Shown: positions 34,138 to 45,900 of the stretch, one piece after another | Numbering within the stretch: the first letter of the stretch is position 1 | Layout: each line of letters opens with the position of its first letter | IMG/VR virus record: IMGVR_UViG_3300008450_000020 | Location: 9,622-73,621 of that record | Strand: one strand, 5' to 3' | From: a virus | Length of the DNA stretch: 64,000 bases | Made by a program: the position numbers and the translations under genes | The notes under the pieces: generated by a model | Told to the model about the DNA's origin: nothing | Databases searched by the model: none | The model's input: the letters and a program-made list of their open reading frames with translations, nothing else

Positions 34138-35697
34138 ATGACAGCAATAACAATAGATCAGCTAACGGAAGGTAGCCTTACTGGGGATGGTATTTTTGAT
34201 GCTCTTATGCGAGCAAATAAAGTACACCTAGATGAGCAGTTTTCCCAAAACAGAATTAGAGGGCCTGAGTACGCTTCGGTTTATCTTGGTTCATTAAATG
34301 CAGTAATGGGTGCTTCTATTCAACTTTTGCTTCAAAAGCAAAGGACAGATTTAGAAGCACAGTTACTCGCCCAACAGATTTTATTGACTCAAGTAGAAGT
34401 ACAAAAAGCTAATGCAGAGCTTGCGATCATCACTGCAAACTTGCCTAAAGTGACTGCTGAGATTGCTCAGTTAAATGCACAGACAGCATTGACTGCGCAA
34501 CAAAAGTTGAACTTAGAAGACGAGCTTTTAACTGCTACAAAACAGCGTGAAAAGATTGATCAAGATATCTTGAGTGCTGCTGCACAAGTATTACAAATTA
34601 CGGCTCAAAAGGATTTAGTAGTACAACAAAAAGCTAATTTAGTAGATGAACTCTTAACTACAGCAAAACAACGCTTAGTTATGGATACAGAGATTGATGT
34701 TAAAGAGCGTCAGATTATTGTTACTGAAGCTCAATCTGCTAAAGATTTATTAGTTAAAGCAGCTCAGATCATTAGCATGGGCAAAGAGGATTTGGTTAAA
34801 GATGCTCAAGCTTTAATGATCGGTCAACAAAGAGCTAATTTAGTTGATGAGTTATTGACCTCAACAAAACAGCGTTTAAAAATAGATCAAGAAATCTTGA
34901 ATCTGTCTGCTGAAGAAGATCATAAGATTGCTCAAACTTCTTTAGTTACTCAACAAGAATTAAATCTTGAAGATGATTTGTTGACTGCAGCTAAACAACG
35001 TCTAAAGTTAGATCAAGATATTGCTACTGCAACTGCTCAAGCAGCTTTGGTTACGCAACAGAAGCTGAATTTGATTGATGAGTTGCTGACTACTGCAGCT
35101 CAACGAACCAAGTTGGCTCAAGAGACAGAAAACTTAGTAGCACAAGAAGCTCACACAGTTTCTCAAACTGCTATGGTTACTCAGCAGAAGTTAAACCTTG
35201 AAGATGAATTATTAACTGCACTTGCTCAACGTAGTAAGATTGATCAAGAAGTCGTTAATCTGGCTACACAGAAGTTGCAGACAGAGGCACAAACTTTGTT
35301 GGTAACTCAACAGAAAGCAAATGCTATCTTGGAAGGTACTGTACTGGTCGCTCAAGAATGTAAGTTACGTGCTGAGTTTGAATTGTTGAATAGTAATACT
35401 CTCAAATCAAATGCAGAAACTACCTTGCTTACTCAGAAGACTGCTACAGAGCGCGCTCAAGTGATTCAAACAGGTGTTGATGAAAACAGTGTAATTGGTC
35501 GTCAGAAGAATTTGTTCTTAGCTCAATCGGATGGTTTTAAACGAGATGCAGAACAGAAGGCAGCTAAGATCATGGTAGATGCTTGGAGTATTCGCAGAAC
35601 AACGGATAGCCAAGAAGAAGCCAATACGTTGAATAAGCTCGATAATACTAGTATCGGTACTTTTGTAACTAAACTGGCTGCTGGTGTTGGGGCTTAG
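34138..35697 (+). CDS. N4 gp54-like tail-tube protein with expanded heptad repeats
   Basis: G.GIFDALM...[13 protein letters not shown]-terminus and [24 protein letters not shown]-terminus; six QQKLNLxDELLT repeats. Confidence 0.85.
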   Translation: MTAITIDQLTEGSLTGDGIFDALMRANKVHLDEQFSQNRIRGPEYASVYLGSLNAVMGASIQLLLQKQRTDLEAQLLAQQILLTQVEVQKANAELAIITANLPKVTAEIAQLNAQTALTAQQKLNLEDELLTATKQREKIDQDILSAAAQVLQITAQKDLVVQQKANLVDELLTTAKQRLVMDTEIDVKERQIIVTEAQSAKDLLVKAAQIISMGKEDLVKDAQALMIGQQRANLVDELLTSTKQRLKIDQEILNLSAEEDHKIAQTSLVTQQELNLEDDLLTAAKQRLKLDQDIATATAQAALVTQQKLNLIDELLTTAAQRTKLAQETENLVAQEAHTVSQTAMVTQQKLNLEDELLTALAQRSKIDQEVVNLATQKLQTEAQTLLVTQQKANAILEGTVLVAQECKLRAEFELLNSNTLKSNAETTLLTQKTATERAQVIQTGVDENSVIGRQKNLFLAQSDGFKRDAEQKAAKIMVDAWSIRRTTDSQEEANTLNKLDNTSIGTFVTKLAAGVGA

Positions 35698-35726
35698 TTG
35701 GATTAACCGAGTAAGCATGTAATAAT

Positions 35727-35754
35727 AAAAAGAGGAGCAATGCTCCTCTTTTTT
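35727..35754 (+). terminator. Intrinsic terminator
   Basis: AAAAAGAGGAGCA-A-TGCTCCTCTTTTTT. Confidence 0.8.
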
Positions 35755-35768
35755 GTATAGGAAATACC

Positions 35769-38030
35769 ATGTCAATATTAAAGAGCTTATTAGGTGGAAT
35801 TAATTTTCTTACTGGTAGAACTAAAATTACTGTCAGCACTACTGTATCTCGTGCAATCTCTGATGAGATGCTTCCTGATTCTAAAATGAAGGGAATGCTA
35901 AATGCTTTGATGAAGGATGAAAGTGTTGTTGATAATATTCTAGAAAATTCTGTCCAATCTATTGGTTTACGGACTGAGCGTATGCATCGCTATGCTCAGA
36001 ATGATTATGCTTATGGCTTGCCGTCAGGAAGCTTCTTCAGCGCGTCTGCAGGTAACGATGAACTAGAAAGTGTGCTTATAGGCTTAGACGGCCCTACAGC
36101 CCATTTAGAGTACTTTAAAGTATGTCCTGCAAATTCCCTTCATATAGGATGGATGGAGATTGTGAGTAGGTATAACTATAACCAAGCCACAAATGAATTA
36201 CCTGGTTTGAGTGCTATAAAGCTTTCGCCGGTTTATCTAGTAGACATGGTTGTTCATGTGCCGGCAACTCTATGGGAAACCTTGGATAAGACTGTTGTAG
36301 AGCAGTGGGGGGATTCTCCTAAGAGTGGGTACACCCCTAAAAGACCATTATTTCAAGCTACTAATTCCATAAGTAATTACACCCCTTTCGTAGTCGATCC
36401 TGCAATCACTGAGGATTTTATTAAAGTAACTTACGCTTGGGTTACAACAAGCACTGCGGGAGGGATAACTACTAAAACTCATCATGAGGAAAGTGTAAAT
36501 ATTCCTTTGACAGATTATGTAAGCACGTCTGCTTATTATCATGTGAAATACAGTGTAGGCTCAGTTATTAAGTATTGGATGTATGAAGTAGGTTCTGGAG
36601 TACATCCTACATTGGATGATGCTTTAACCCCTGATCAAAACACTGCAGGAACATTTTTTCCTATTTTTCATTTTAGGGATAAAGGAGTTTCTCTACTTAC
36701 TAACTCATTAAGTGATGAGTATAAATCTTCTGTACGTGCAGCTAGGGTGCTTGGTTTAGATTTTGGAACAATCGCAGAAGAGATTGATAAGAATCCTGAT
36801 ATATCTCAAGTTGAACAAGCCATGATGATGTTTGCTGTACCAGCAAATACTGATAACGAAATTGAGATTAATTATTTATTTGATTTCTTTGAGAATGTTT
36901 ATTATGCCAATGGGATAACTACAACCCATGAAACTGTAAATGGTATTTTAGAGAAGCTTCTTAAAAATCCAATTAAAGGATTACAGTCTATTGTTATCGA
37001 AGACAAGTTATTCAGAATGACTTTGCAATATGACGATATCTTTAAAAGGAATAAAGCTGGGAGTATTGGAGCAATTGGTAAATGTACTTCAGACGTATTA
37101 TCTTTACTTGCACCGATAACTTACACAGATCCTTTAGGGACAGTAATCACGGAGAATTTGCCTGCTACTAAACATATTTATAGAAAACAGATAACTGATA
37201 CTGTTTATACAGAGCTGGTTATTACCAATTTGAAGATGACCTATTTTATCTATAATGGTTATAACGTAACTGCAGGAGAAAATGAAGATATTCTTTTAAT
37301 TCCTATCGATTATTCAATTACAGAAGATTATGATTTAAGTACTAAAGAAACTTTGTATGCGCGATCTTTGCACTATGTTTTTAATAGCAAAAATATTTTA
37401 CATATCAAATGGTATCAAACTGGGGTATTTAAAATATTTGTCATTATTGTGGCAATCGTAATTACTATTTTAAGTAAAGGAGCTACTTGGCAAGCATTGG
37501 TTGCAGCTATTGCTGCGGGAGAAGTTGTTACAGTTCTTTTGATCATTTTAGAAATAGTACTTACACAAATTGCAGTAAATTTAGTATTCAAATTATTTGT
37601 AAAAGTATTTGGAATTAAGTTGGCTTTTTTAGTTGCCATCATTGCCGCAATTGCTGGGGTAGTTAACGTAATTGATTCTGGTTCTTTGGCTAACGCTCCA
37701 TGGGCAACTGAACTTTTACAGATTTCATCTGGGTTATCTGCAGCAGGAAGTAAGAAGATTCAAGAAGGTATTGAAGATCTATTAAAGGACTTCAATGATT
37801 TATCCAATTATATGAAAGAGCAAACCAAGTTATTAGATGATGCTAATGATTTGTTAAACCAGAATGTAAAACTAGATCCTTTTATTATTCTTGGAGAAAA
37901 GCCAAATGACTTTTATAATAGGACTGTACACTCTGGTAATGTAGGAATTCTTGGTATAGATGCAATTAGCATGTATGTAGATAGTTCTTTAAGATTACCT
38001 CAAATAAGCGATTCAATTTCTCAGGAGTAA
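35769..38030 (+). CDS. N4 gp53-like virion protein with C-terminal TM segments
   Basis: YAYGLPSG, KWYQTGVFK followed by hydrophobic helices, GEKPNDFYNRTVHSGN. Confidence 0.85.
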   Translation: MSILKSLLGGINFLTGRTKITVSTTVSRAISDEMLPDSKMKGMLNALMKDESVVDNILENSVQSIGLRTERMHRYAQNDYAYGLPSGSFFSASAGNDELESVLIGLDGPTAHLEYFKVCPANSLHIGWMEIVSRYNYNQATNELPGLSAIKLSPVYLVDMVVHVPATLWETLDKTVVEQWGDSPKSGYTPKRPLFQATNSISNYTPFVVDPAITEDFIKVTYAWVTTSTAGGITTKTHHEESVNIPLTDYVSTSAYYHVKYSVGSVIKYWMYEVGSGVHPTLDDALTPDQNTAGTFFPIFHFRDKGVSLLTNSLSDEYKSSVRAARVLGLDFGTIAEEIDKNPDISQVEQAMMMFAVPANTDNEIEINYLFDFFENVYYANGITTTHETVNGILEKLLKNPIKGLQSIVIEDKLFRMTLQYDDIFKRNKAGSIGAIGKCTSDVLSLLAPITYTDPLGTVITENLPATKHIYRKQITDTVYTELVITNLKMTYFIYNGYNVTAGENEDILLIPIDYSITEDYDLSTKETLYARSLHYVFNSKNILHIKWYQTGVFKIFVIIVAIVITILSKGATWQALVAAIAAGEVVTVLLIILEIVLTQIAVNLVFKLFVKVFGIKLAFLVAIIAAIAGVVNVIDSGSLANAPWATELLQISSGLSAAGSKKIQEGIEDLLKDFNDLSNYMKEQTKLLDDANDLLNQNVKLDPFIILGEKPNDFYNRTVHSGNVGILGIDAISMYVDSSLRLPQISDSISQE

Positions 38031-38033
38031 ATC

Positions 38034-38504
38034 ATGACAACATGGAATAATGGACAATTTTCAAATGGACCCGCTGCATACGGTTCTATGGTGAATTATG
38101 GTATGGGTAATATGAGTTCTTTCTTAGGGAATTCTCCTGAAAGCTACATAAATCCTAAAGCAGATTTTGCGCCTTTTAATTTTAATATGGGGAGTATTCC
38201 AAATGTTAAAACAGCAAATTCTCCTAGTTTTTTAGATGGGATGATTGGCTCTAAAGATGCACCTGGTTGGGGAGGTTTAGCTTTGAATGCTGCACAAGGT
38301 TTAGGTAATATGTGGATGGGTTATAAAGGGTTAAAGAATGCCCAAGATACTCTTAAAGAGAACCGTAGACAGTTTGATTTAAATTGGGGTGCTCAAGCTA
38401 AGACTACTAATGCTCAACTTGCTGGACAACATTCTGCACGCTTAGCTGCAGGTGGGGTTAATTACAGTAGCTTGAATGATTACATGAAAAAATACGGGAT
38501 CTAA
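38034..38504 (+). CDS. Ejection protein (N4 gp52-like)
   Basis: Gly/Asn-rich, Cys-free; GWGGLAL..AQGLG.MWMG...QFDLNW.AQ.KTTN.QL. Confidence 0.8.
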   Translation: MTTWNNGQFSNGPAAYGSMVNYGMGNMSSFLGNSPESYINPKADFAPFNFNMGSIPNVKTANSPSFLDGMIGSKDAPGWGGLALNAAQGLGNMWMGYKGLKNAQDTLKENRRQFDLNWGAQAKTTNAQLAGQHSARLAAGGVNYSSLNDYMKKYGI

Positions 38505-38506
38505 TT

Positions 38507-39859
38507 ATGGGACAGCCTATTACATGGAGAACAATCATGGGACCTTCACCTGCTGAAGCTACCCGTGGTTTAGAACTTGCCCAACGAAGCATTAATGCTG
38601 GTTTTGGGAATTTTACTAACGCTTTTAACCAAGCAGAGGATCGTAATACAACGATTCTCAATACAGAGAAAGCTGCTAATTTACTTGGTTTAAAGAATGC
38701 TTTAAAAGAAAAATACACTACTCCGGAAGCGTATCAACAAGCAGTAGCTTCAGGTGAGATAGGTAGAATGGTTGGTCAGTATGGTAATCAAATTAACGGA
38801 GAAGCTGCTGCACAGTTTACAGATGGGCGCTTAAAAGAACTGCGCACAGGTGTATTAGATAATATCAATTACACTGATAAAACTACAGAAGCTGCTCAAC
38901 GACCTGTTGTAGAGTCTTTGTATGCACGCTTATATGCTGGGGATAAAACTGCTATAGCAGATGCACAAAAGCTAGGCATACGTAATTTAAGTAAGCTTGC
39001 AGAAACCAACTACAACATAGGAAATAATGCTTTTGACCAAAGTATTAAAGGGGCAAACTTAGGTATTAATGCTGCTGAACTGGGAATGAAGCAACAGACT
39101 TTACCACATCAAATAAATCAGATGAAGGCTAGTGCTGCAGCAGCCAATGCCGGTGTAAAGCTGTCTAGAGATATCTTCAATATGAATAAGGCAGATAAAG
39201 AAGCTGACAACATAAGACAGGTAGCTGAATTTTTATCTGGAGATTCTTCTTCTGGTAGTAGTGGTAGTGCTGGAAAATCTGGAGCCAGCAAAGGTAAATT
39301 ATCAGACAACAACATGTTTAATTCAGGTACTCTAGATACTGAAGAAGGACGAAGGAATTTGATTAAAGGAATTGAGGCTCGTAAATTACCTCCTAATGTT
39401 GCTCAAGATATTCTCGATCAAGATTGGACAGAATTAACCGGACCGGATGGGAAAAAGTCTAAACAACCAATTCCAGTTTCGTTGATTCTTTCTAAATTGG
39501 ATAATACTTCTGAACTAGGTAGTGGTAGTTTTTGGAGTACTAGAGGGGATAGCGCACGTTCTTTAGTTAAAAACATGTTTAAAGGAGATACCCAAGTAAA
39601 TAGAATTGAGCGTGATCAGTTAATGGCTGATTACACAGAATACCTTAAAGCTACTTCAGGTAAAAATGGAACAGGGGTGTCTGAAACACGTAACTTGGAT
39701 GCTTTACGCGCTGCTATGGGGTATTCAATATCCGGTAAAAACACAAAAGATGTAACTCCTGAAGATATGATGTTGCTTAAATTTTTAGATAAGTTAAAAG
39801 AAAGTAAAACTCCATTACCTGCTGGTATCCCCCCAAATATTCCGGAATACCAACAATAA
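38507..39859 (+). CDS. Ejection protein (N4 gp51-like)
   Basis: MGQPITWRTI N-terminus, Cys-free, directly upstream of vRNAP. Confidence 0.8.
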   Translation: MGQPITWRTIMGPSPAEATRGLELAQRSINAGFGNFTNAFNQAEDRNTTILNTEKAANLLGLKNALKEKYTTPEAYQQAVASGEIGRMVGQYGNQINGEAAAQFTDGRLKELRTGVLDNINYTDKTTEAAQRPVVESLYARLYAGDKTAIADAQKLGIRNLSKLAETNYNIGNNAFDQSIKGANLGINAAELGMKQQTLPHQINQMKASAAAANAGVKLSRDIFNMNKADKEADNIRQVAEFLSGDSSSGSSGSAGKSGASKGKLSDNNMFNSGTLDTEEGRRNLIKGIEARKLPPNVAQDILDQDWTELTGPDGKKSKQPIPVSLILSKLDNTSELGSGSFWSTRGDSARSLVKNMFKGDTQVNRIERDQLMADYTEYLKATSGKNGTGVSETRNLDALRAAMGYSISGKNTKDVTPEDMMLLKFLDKLKESKTPLPAGIPPNIPEYQQ

Positions 39860-39876
39860 GTAGTACAACAAAACAG

Positions 39877-39906
39877 AATAGGGGCTTAGGCCCCTATTTT
39901 TATTTT
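39877..39906 (+). terminator. Intrinsic terminator
   Basis: AATAGGGGC-TTAG-GCCCCTATT followed by T-tract. Confidence 0.8.
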
Positions 39907-39967
39907 GAGACATCTAAAAGGTAATCTGATAAAGTAACAACCTATTAAATCTTACCGGAAAAATACT

Positions 39968-42900
39968 ATGGATATTTCTCGTTTAGGCCAATTAATGACC
40001 CTTCAAGACTCTTTCAATAAAACTCAAAGAGAGAAAACGAGAGGTAAATTAGGGCAGCTAGATGAAGCAAGTGCAACTAAGCTAGCGGCATTACAGTACA
40101 CCATCGATAAAAATAATGAAGAAGTGTCTGCATATAAGAATACATGGGCAGCCGGTGTACAAGGTGCTTTAGGATTAGAACAAAAGAGATCTGGTGCTTT
40201 ATATCAAGCGATTAACTTGCCAGCTACAGCACTGTATGCATTATCTGACAAGGGTATTGGTAATGCTGTAACCAGCACAATGCAATCTGGAGATGTAATT
40301 AGCCCTGCTGAACGTGATGCTTACAATCGTGAATTAGCAGGTAAAGCTACCCCTGAAGATACTGCTTTATTGAATTCTTCTGACAAAATAGCATTAGGAG
40401 GTATGATTGACCATGTCACTAAAATGCCTATTCATCAGCCTATCTCAGGCACTGTTAGAGATAAAATCAAAATTGATTTAGGGGTAAAAGAGTCATCTAA
40501 AAAAGTTACAGACTTTTTTGATATTAAATCTATTCGTGATACTGCAGACCAAGAGGCATTCAGAGCAGGCATTACTGAAAATTTTGATCTCGGTTGGGAT
40601 AAAGTTAAAAAAGGGTTTAGTCAAGATTCCAAAGCATCTACTTGGGAAAAAACTAAAGATATTTTTTCTGGTTTAGATCAGATTGTTTCAGATGTTGGGT
40701 CAAGTGCTGCTAACAATAAGATGGGTATTGTAAGTTACGCAGCGGAAAACTTACACAACCTATTTCTACCTGCAGGTATTAATGTTGCTTCCAATGCTGG
40801 GTATGCAAACAGAGAATACAGAGATGCTTACTTAGATAAATTGAAAACTACAGGGCAATTACCTAATGCCTCTGAACAAGCAGGTATGGTGGGTAATGCT
40901 GCTTTAGCCTTTGGCGTTGAATACATGGGTGATCATGTATTACGTAAGTTATCTGGTTTAGGTGGGAAAAAGATTATCAATTCAATTGATGAAATCGTTC
41001 CTGCTACTGCTATACAAAAAGCTTTACGTGTTACTGGGGCTACTACAGGAAGTATGGCTTCTGAAGCAGGTACAGAAGGCTATCAAACTTACCTTGAGGA
41101 AAAGATCAAAGGTAAAGAAGCCTCTGCAAAACAGATCTTTGAAGGCGCTGTAATTGGCGCATTCTCTTCTGGTGGTATGACTGCGCCTACAAGTATTGCA
41201 AGTAACTTTTTAGGCAAGTCTCCGGAACAACAATTAGAAGACCAATTCAAAGCCAATAAAGCAATGGATATTGAGACTGCTGTTCAGGCTAAAGATGTTT
41301 CTGCATTCATAGATCCAGCTTCTCCTAAATACGCTCCTGATACTGCTATGGTGGCATTGAGTGCATTGGTTCAATCTGCTGATATTACCCCAGAAGAGAA
41401 AGCTTCTTTTGTAGAACAAAGTAATGCCATTGCACAACAGATAGAAGATCAGAAAGTAGAGGTAGGTGCTAAGTTAAGTGGTGTTGGTATGACACCAGAA
41501 CAAGTACAGGAAGCTGAAGCTAATATTCAAGATTACACTGCTGCACTTGCAACAATACCTGAAACTGAGACTCAGTTAATTCAGGATATTAATAATCAAA
41601 TTCAAGTAGAAACATTGAAGCTTGAGGCAGCATCATATTCTCAAGAACAGATAGATTCTTTGAATACAGAAGCTAAAGCATTGTCTCGTATTAGTGAAGA
41701 AGTATCTTCTGCTAAAGCACAGATATCTTCTATAGCAGCTCCAATTGATACTGAGATCAATGTTGATGAAGCAATCAGTAATATTTCAACTGAACCAGCA
41801 AACGTATCCAAAGTAATTAACTTGTCTATGGCAAGTAGAGAAGCTTTATCTGATATGCAGGTAAGTCAATTAGAGCAGCTTGCAAATGACACTACATCTC
41901 CAATGACAGAAGGTGAGCGCACTTATTTTAAAGTGATGGCTACTACTCGTGCTTTAGAAAACTCACTAAAGACAGCTAATCAAGTTAGTGAAGAAGTGCT
42001 TTATGGTAGCAAACCAAAAGCAAAGACTTACTTTAAAGGTACTACACAATATCGTGAAGAGATTGCTAATGCATTGAAGACTGGTAGCCCAGAACTCGCT
42101 ACTAAGCTTATTGGTTCATTAGAGACATTTGCTAAAGACCATGCTGAGAAAGCGCGTGTGTATGCTAAGGCGATGTCACGAGGTCAAGAGCAAGGTGCTA
42201 ATGTATCCATTACTCGTTACAACGGTAATTGGAAAATTGTACCTAATGGATACAAGCTTGAAGGTAAACAGAAAGCAGAAGCTTTGGTTGCAGCTAGTCC
42301 TAAGTTTCAAGAGAAGATCGCGCAAGAAAGTAATCTGATCAATAGTACATTAGGTGAGATGAAAGCTTTGGTCGGTGCTTATAGTAATCCTGGTTCAGTA
42401 AGTGTTGCCCCAGTTACTGAGACTGCCTCTGTTGTACCTACTCAAAGTATTGAACAAACTCCTTTAACAGGGAATACAGAAGTTATTCCAGAAGTTTTAT
42501 TTCAAGATCAACTAGCGCAGCAAGAACAACAAGATGTACAACCTACTTTAGAAGGAATTCAAAATGAGTCTCAAGCCATTGAAGCCAAGCAAACAGAAGC
42601 GCAAGGACAAGAATCAAAACAAACTACCGAAGGTAGTAATGTAAACCCAAGTTCAGAGATTTCTCTTGCAACCCAAGATAATCCTTCTGAAGCAATACAA
42701 GACGGATCAAACATTCAAGAACCAAGCGTATCTGAGGGTGTCTCTACAGGCACGCCTACAGAAGCCCCAAACGAGGCTACAGAGACTTCTTTGCCTACAG
42801 ACGGTAAGTTATCCTACTTAGTTCCGGAAAGCTCTCTGGGAGCTTTAGGAGTGTCCCAAAGCCAAGGTAATAAAGCAGGTTCTGTACGTCCTTTGGTTGT

Positions 42901-45900
42901 GGTTAAAGATTTCCTGTCTAAATGGCTAGGAGGTGAGATTGACCCTGCTCAGTATTTGACAGAAGGAGCTTCCCAAAACATCACAGAAGCGCAGCAGAAT
43001 ACTTTGAATAGTGTTCGTACATTGCTTCCTAATTGGGTATCTGCAGTTGTCGATAACTTCCGTTACAACGAAAAAGCAAAGAATAATTTTGATGATTACA
43101 CACAATTCTTTATTGATGAGAGCGGTGTATCTGAAGAGAACTTTGCTACTGCAATCGCATTTGCAGCTTACAGCTTTGTGAATATGCAGGCTAATCGTCC
43201 TTTAGTAAATAAACGTGAAACAGTCATTGAATTGTTTAAAGGTGAAATTGGTGTACTTACTCCAAAAGGAGAGAAGCTATTAAACACATTGACTAATACT
43301 AAAGCAGAAGCAATTGATGCTATTGGTTCATTGGCTTATCGTGCATTAGGTTTAAAGATTACTGAAGATACACCAAGCAATGTAGAGCCAATGATTAAAA
43401 GCGCATTAGGCGTACATGGTTTACTCTTGCTTGAGCGTAAAGGAATTGTTGAACGTATCAATTTGAAGCGTAAGACAATTGAATCTGCTTTTGATCGTTC
43501 TGTTTTGAGCGCAAGAGTTCCTACAGATAAGCAAGTGTATGACAAGGAATCGGTAGTTGAATTTGTTCGTATGGTTTCTGTTTTAGATGACAAGAAACAA
43601 AAGACAATCACATCTATCGCTAAGTCGATTAAAGATAATAATGTTGAGAGCCGTGACATTGTTAATCGTTTATTTGGTGCTGAGAAACTAGGTGCAGTTG
43701 CATCTACTAAGCCGTATAAATATACTCAAGTAACTGCTAAACGACGTACATTAGGTATTCCTAATTCTCAACGTAAAGTGATTGAAGCTAATCATCAAAT
43801 AGGTAGATATGTAAATCCAACGATGTTAGAAGCTATCAATGTATTCGGTAAAGAAGCTATTTTGCGTATGGCAGGATTTAAAGATATCGTTATTGATCGC
43901 GTACAAGCCATGGCTCGTGATAGTGTCATTGCTCAAAACGAAAATCTTGAATTGCAGTTGTCTCGGTTTATGGCGGCTAAGGATTTAGCTTTTAATCCTA
44001 ATGCTGAATCAGATCAAGATACTTACAGCAATCCTTTATATGTGGCTCAAGAAGTATTAGGCAATCAACGTGCCGGTTACTCTACGCTTGATCTAAATCA
44101 ACAGACTTCAAAGATTGCTCGTGCTTCCCTATATCATAAAGAATGGGAATCTACAGTTGATATGAATGATATGGATCAATTCTTTATTGCTGTAGCAAAC
44201 GGAATTGGCATCAAGATTGATAATCAAAACAATGCTAAAACCATTGTTATATTAAAAGAAAAATTGACTAAAGATCGTCAATTGGCTTCAACAGTTACTT
44301 TATTACGTCAAGGGTTCTTTGAAGGTAAGCCTGTATTTGATCAAACCGGAAACGTAGAAACTGTAGTTCAGCAAGTAGCTAAAGAAGGAATCATGTCTCT
44401 TCCTTACTTATTAGCATTGGCTCAGTATGGGTACGCAAAGCAAACAGGACAAACATCATTCAAGGTTAATTTCCCTGTAGGTAGTGATGCTAAGAATAGT
44501 GGCCCAGCTCTCACCAATTTTTTCCTTGGTGCTGCTGATTATGACCGTCTTAACAAAACTGGATTCTACAGCACAGAACAAGGACAAGCAGATCACTTTT
44601 CTCAGTACCGTGAGCAACCAGATAGTATGGATTTGTATGAAGATTTATTCTCTAAAGTAATTTCTACTATGTGGGGCATGGCTTACAGTGCTAAACACCC
44701 ATGGTTTAACAAAGCTGACTTGCAGAACATGCTAGTGATCACCGGTGAATTTAAAGATCGTAAAACAGGTAAGGTAACTAGCAAAGGACGTAACTATGCT
44801 AAGACTCCTACTACTGGTTTTAACTTTGGTTCCTCAGTACAGAAAGCTGTACAAGGTATGTATGAATACTTTTTAGAAGACATCTCTAAGACGATAGAAG
44901 ATATCGTTAAAGGGGATAATAAAGATGTCTCTTTAAAGAATTATTTAGCTGCTTTGAACAAGGCAATTGTGTTTGGTAATAACAATCCTTTAGCGGAATA
45001 TAAAGCTTCATTATTAGATTTGAATATGGATGAAGATGCTGCTTTGGATTTGGTATTAACCGATGATCAGTTAGCTGCTTTACAGTATGCGTTTATCCAG
45101 ATGATAGGTAATCCTGCTACCTCTGCTATGTATGCTTACTATAAGACTTTCTTGGGGCGTAGAAACAAGTTAAGTGCAACTATCAATTCTACTTTTGTTA
45201 TTTATGATGAAGCCCGTAAAGCATTACATGTAGCTAAGCTTAAAGAATTGGTCGACGCAGGAACTATTCCTAAAAAAACCTACTTGAATAAAGCCGGTGA
45301 AATTGTAGTGACTGAAGAACCTATGTTTGATTTGTCAGCAAATCAAATGAAGGAAATCGACAATACTCTGAAAGATTTGTTTCCTGCGGTGCATTCCTAC
45401 ATGAGCGCTCTGGAAAACAACCCAGATGCAAAAGTGTCTTTAGTGAAAAATGATAAAGCCCGTGAAAAGAGTTCTCCTTACAAAGCCAAGGTACAGACTA
45501 AATACACGTTAACAAATGCACAGTATAAAGATTCTAAGCAATTGATTACAGATAGTTATGTTCCTAGCTTACAAGCACCTGGGGCAGGAGGCACACCTTA
45601 CATCATTCACTCAAGTGAATCTTCAATCATGCATTTTGCACTGGCTCAGGTAGATGGTGCTTTAGGTGTCCATGATGAAGGTAACTCTGGTCTGAAAGAT
45701 GCAGTAAAAATGTCACAATCTTTGAACCAAGGAGCAGCAGATGTATTGCTTAAGTATTCTCCATTAGGACAAACCGAAGCACTCTTAAATAACTCATTAT
45801 TTAATTTTGCTAAGTTGATCCATGAAGGAAAGATCCCTAAAGAAACAGCAGATGCTGTGAATAAAGGATTGGCAGAAATAGCACAACGATTGAATAAAGA

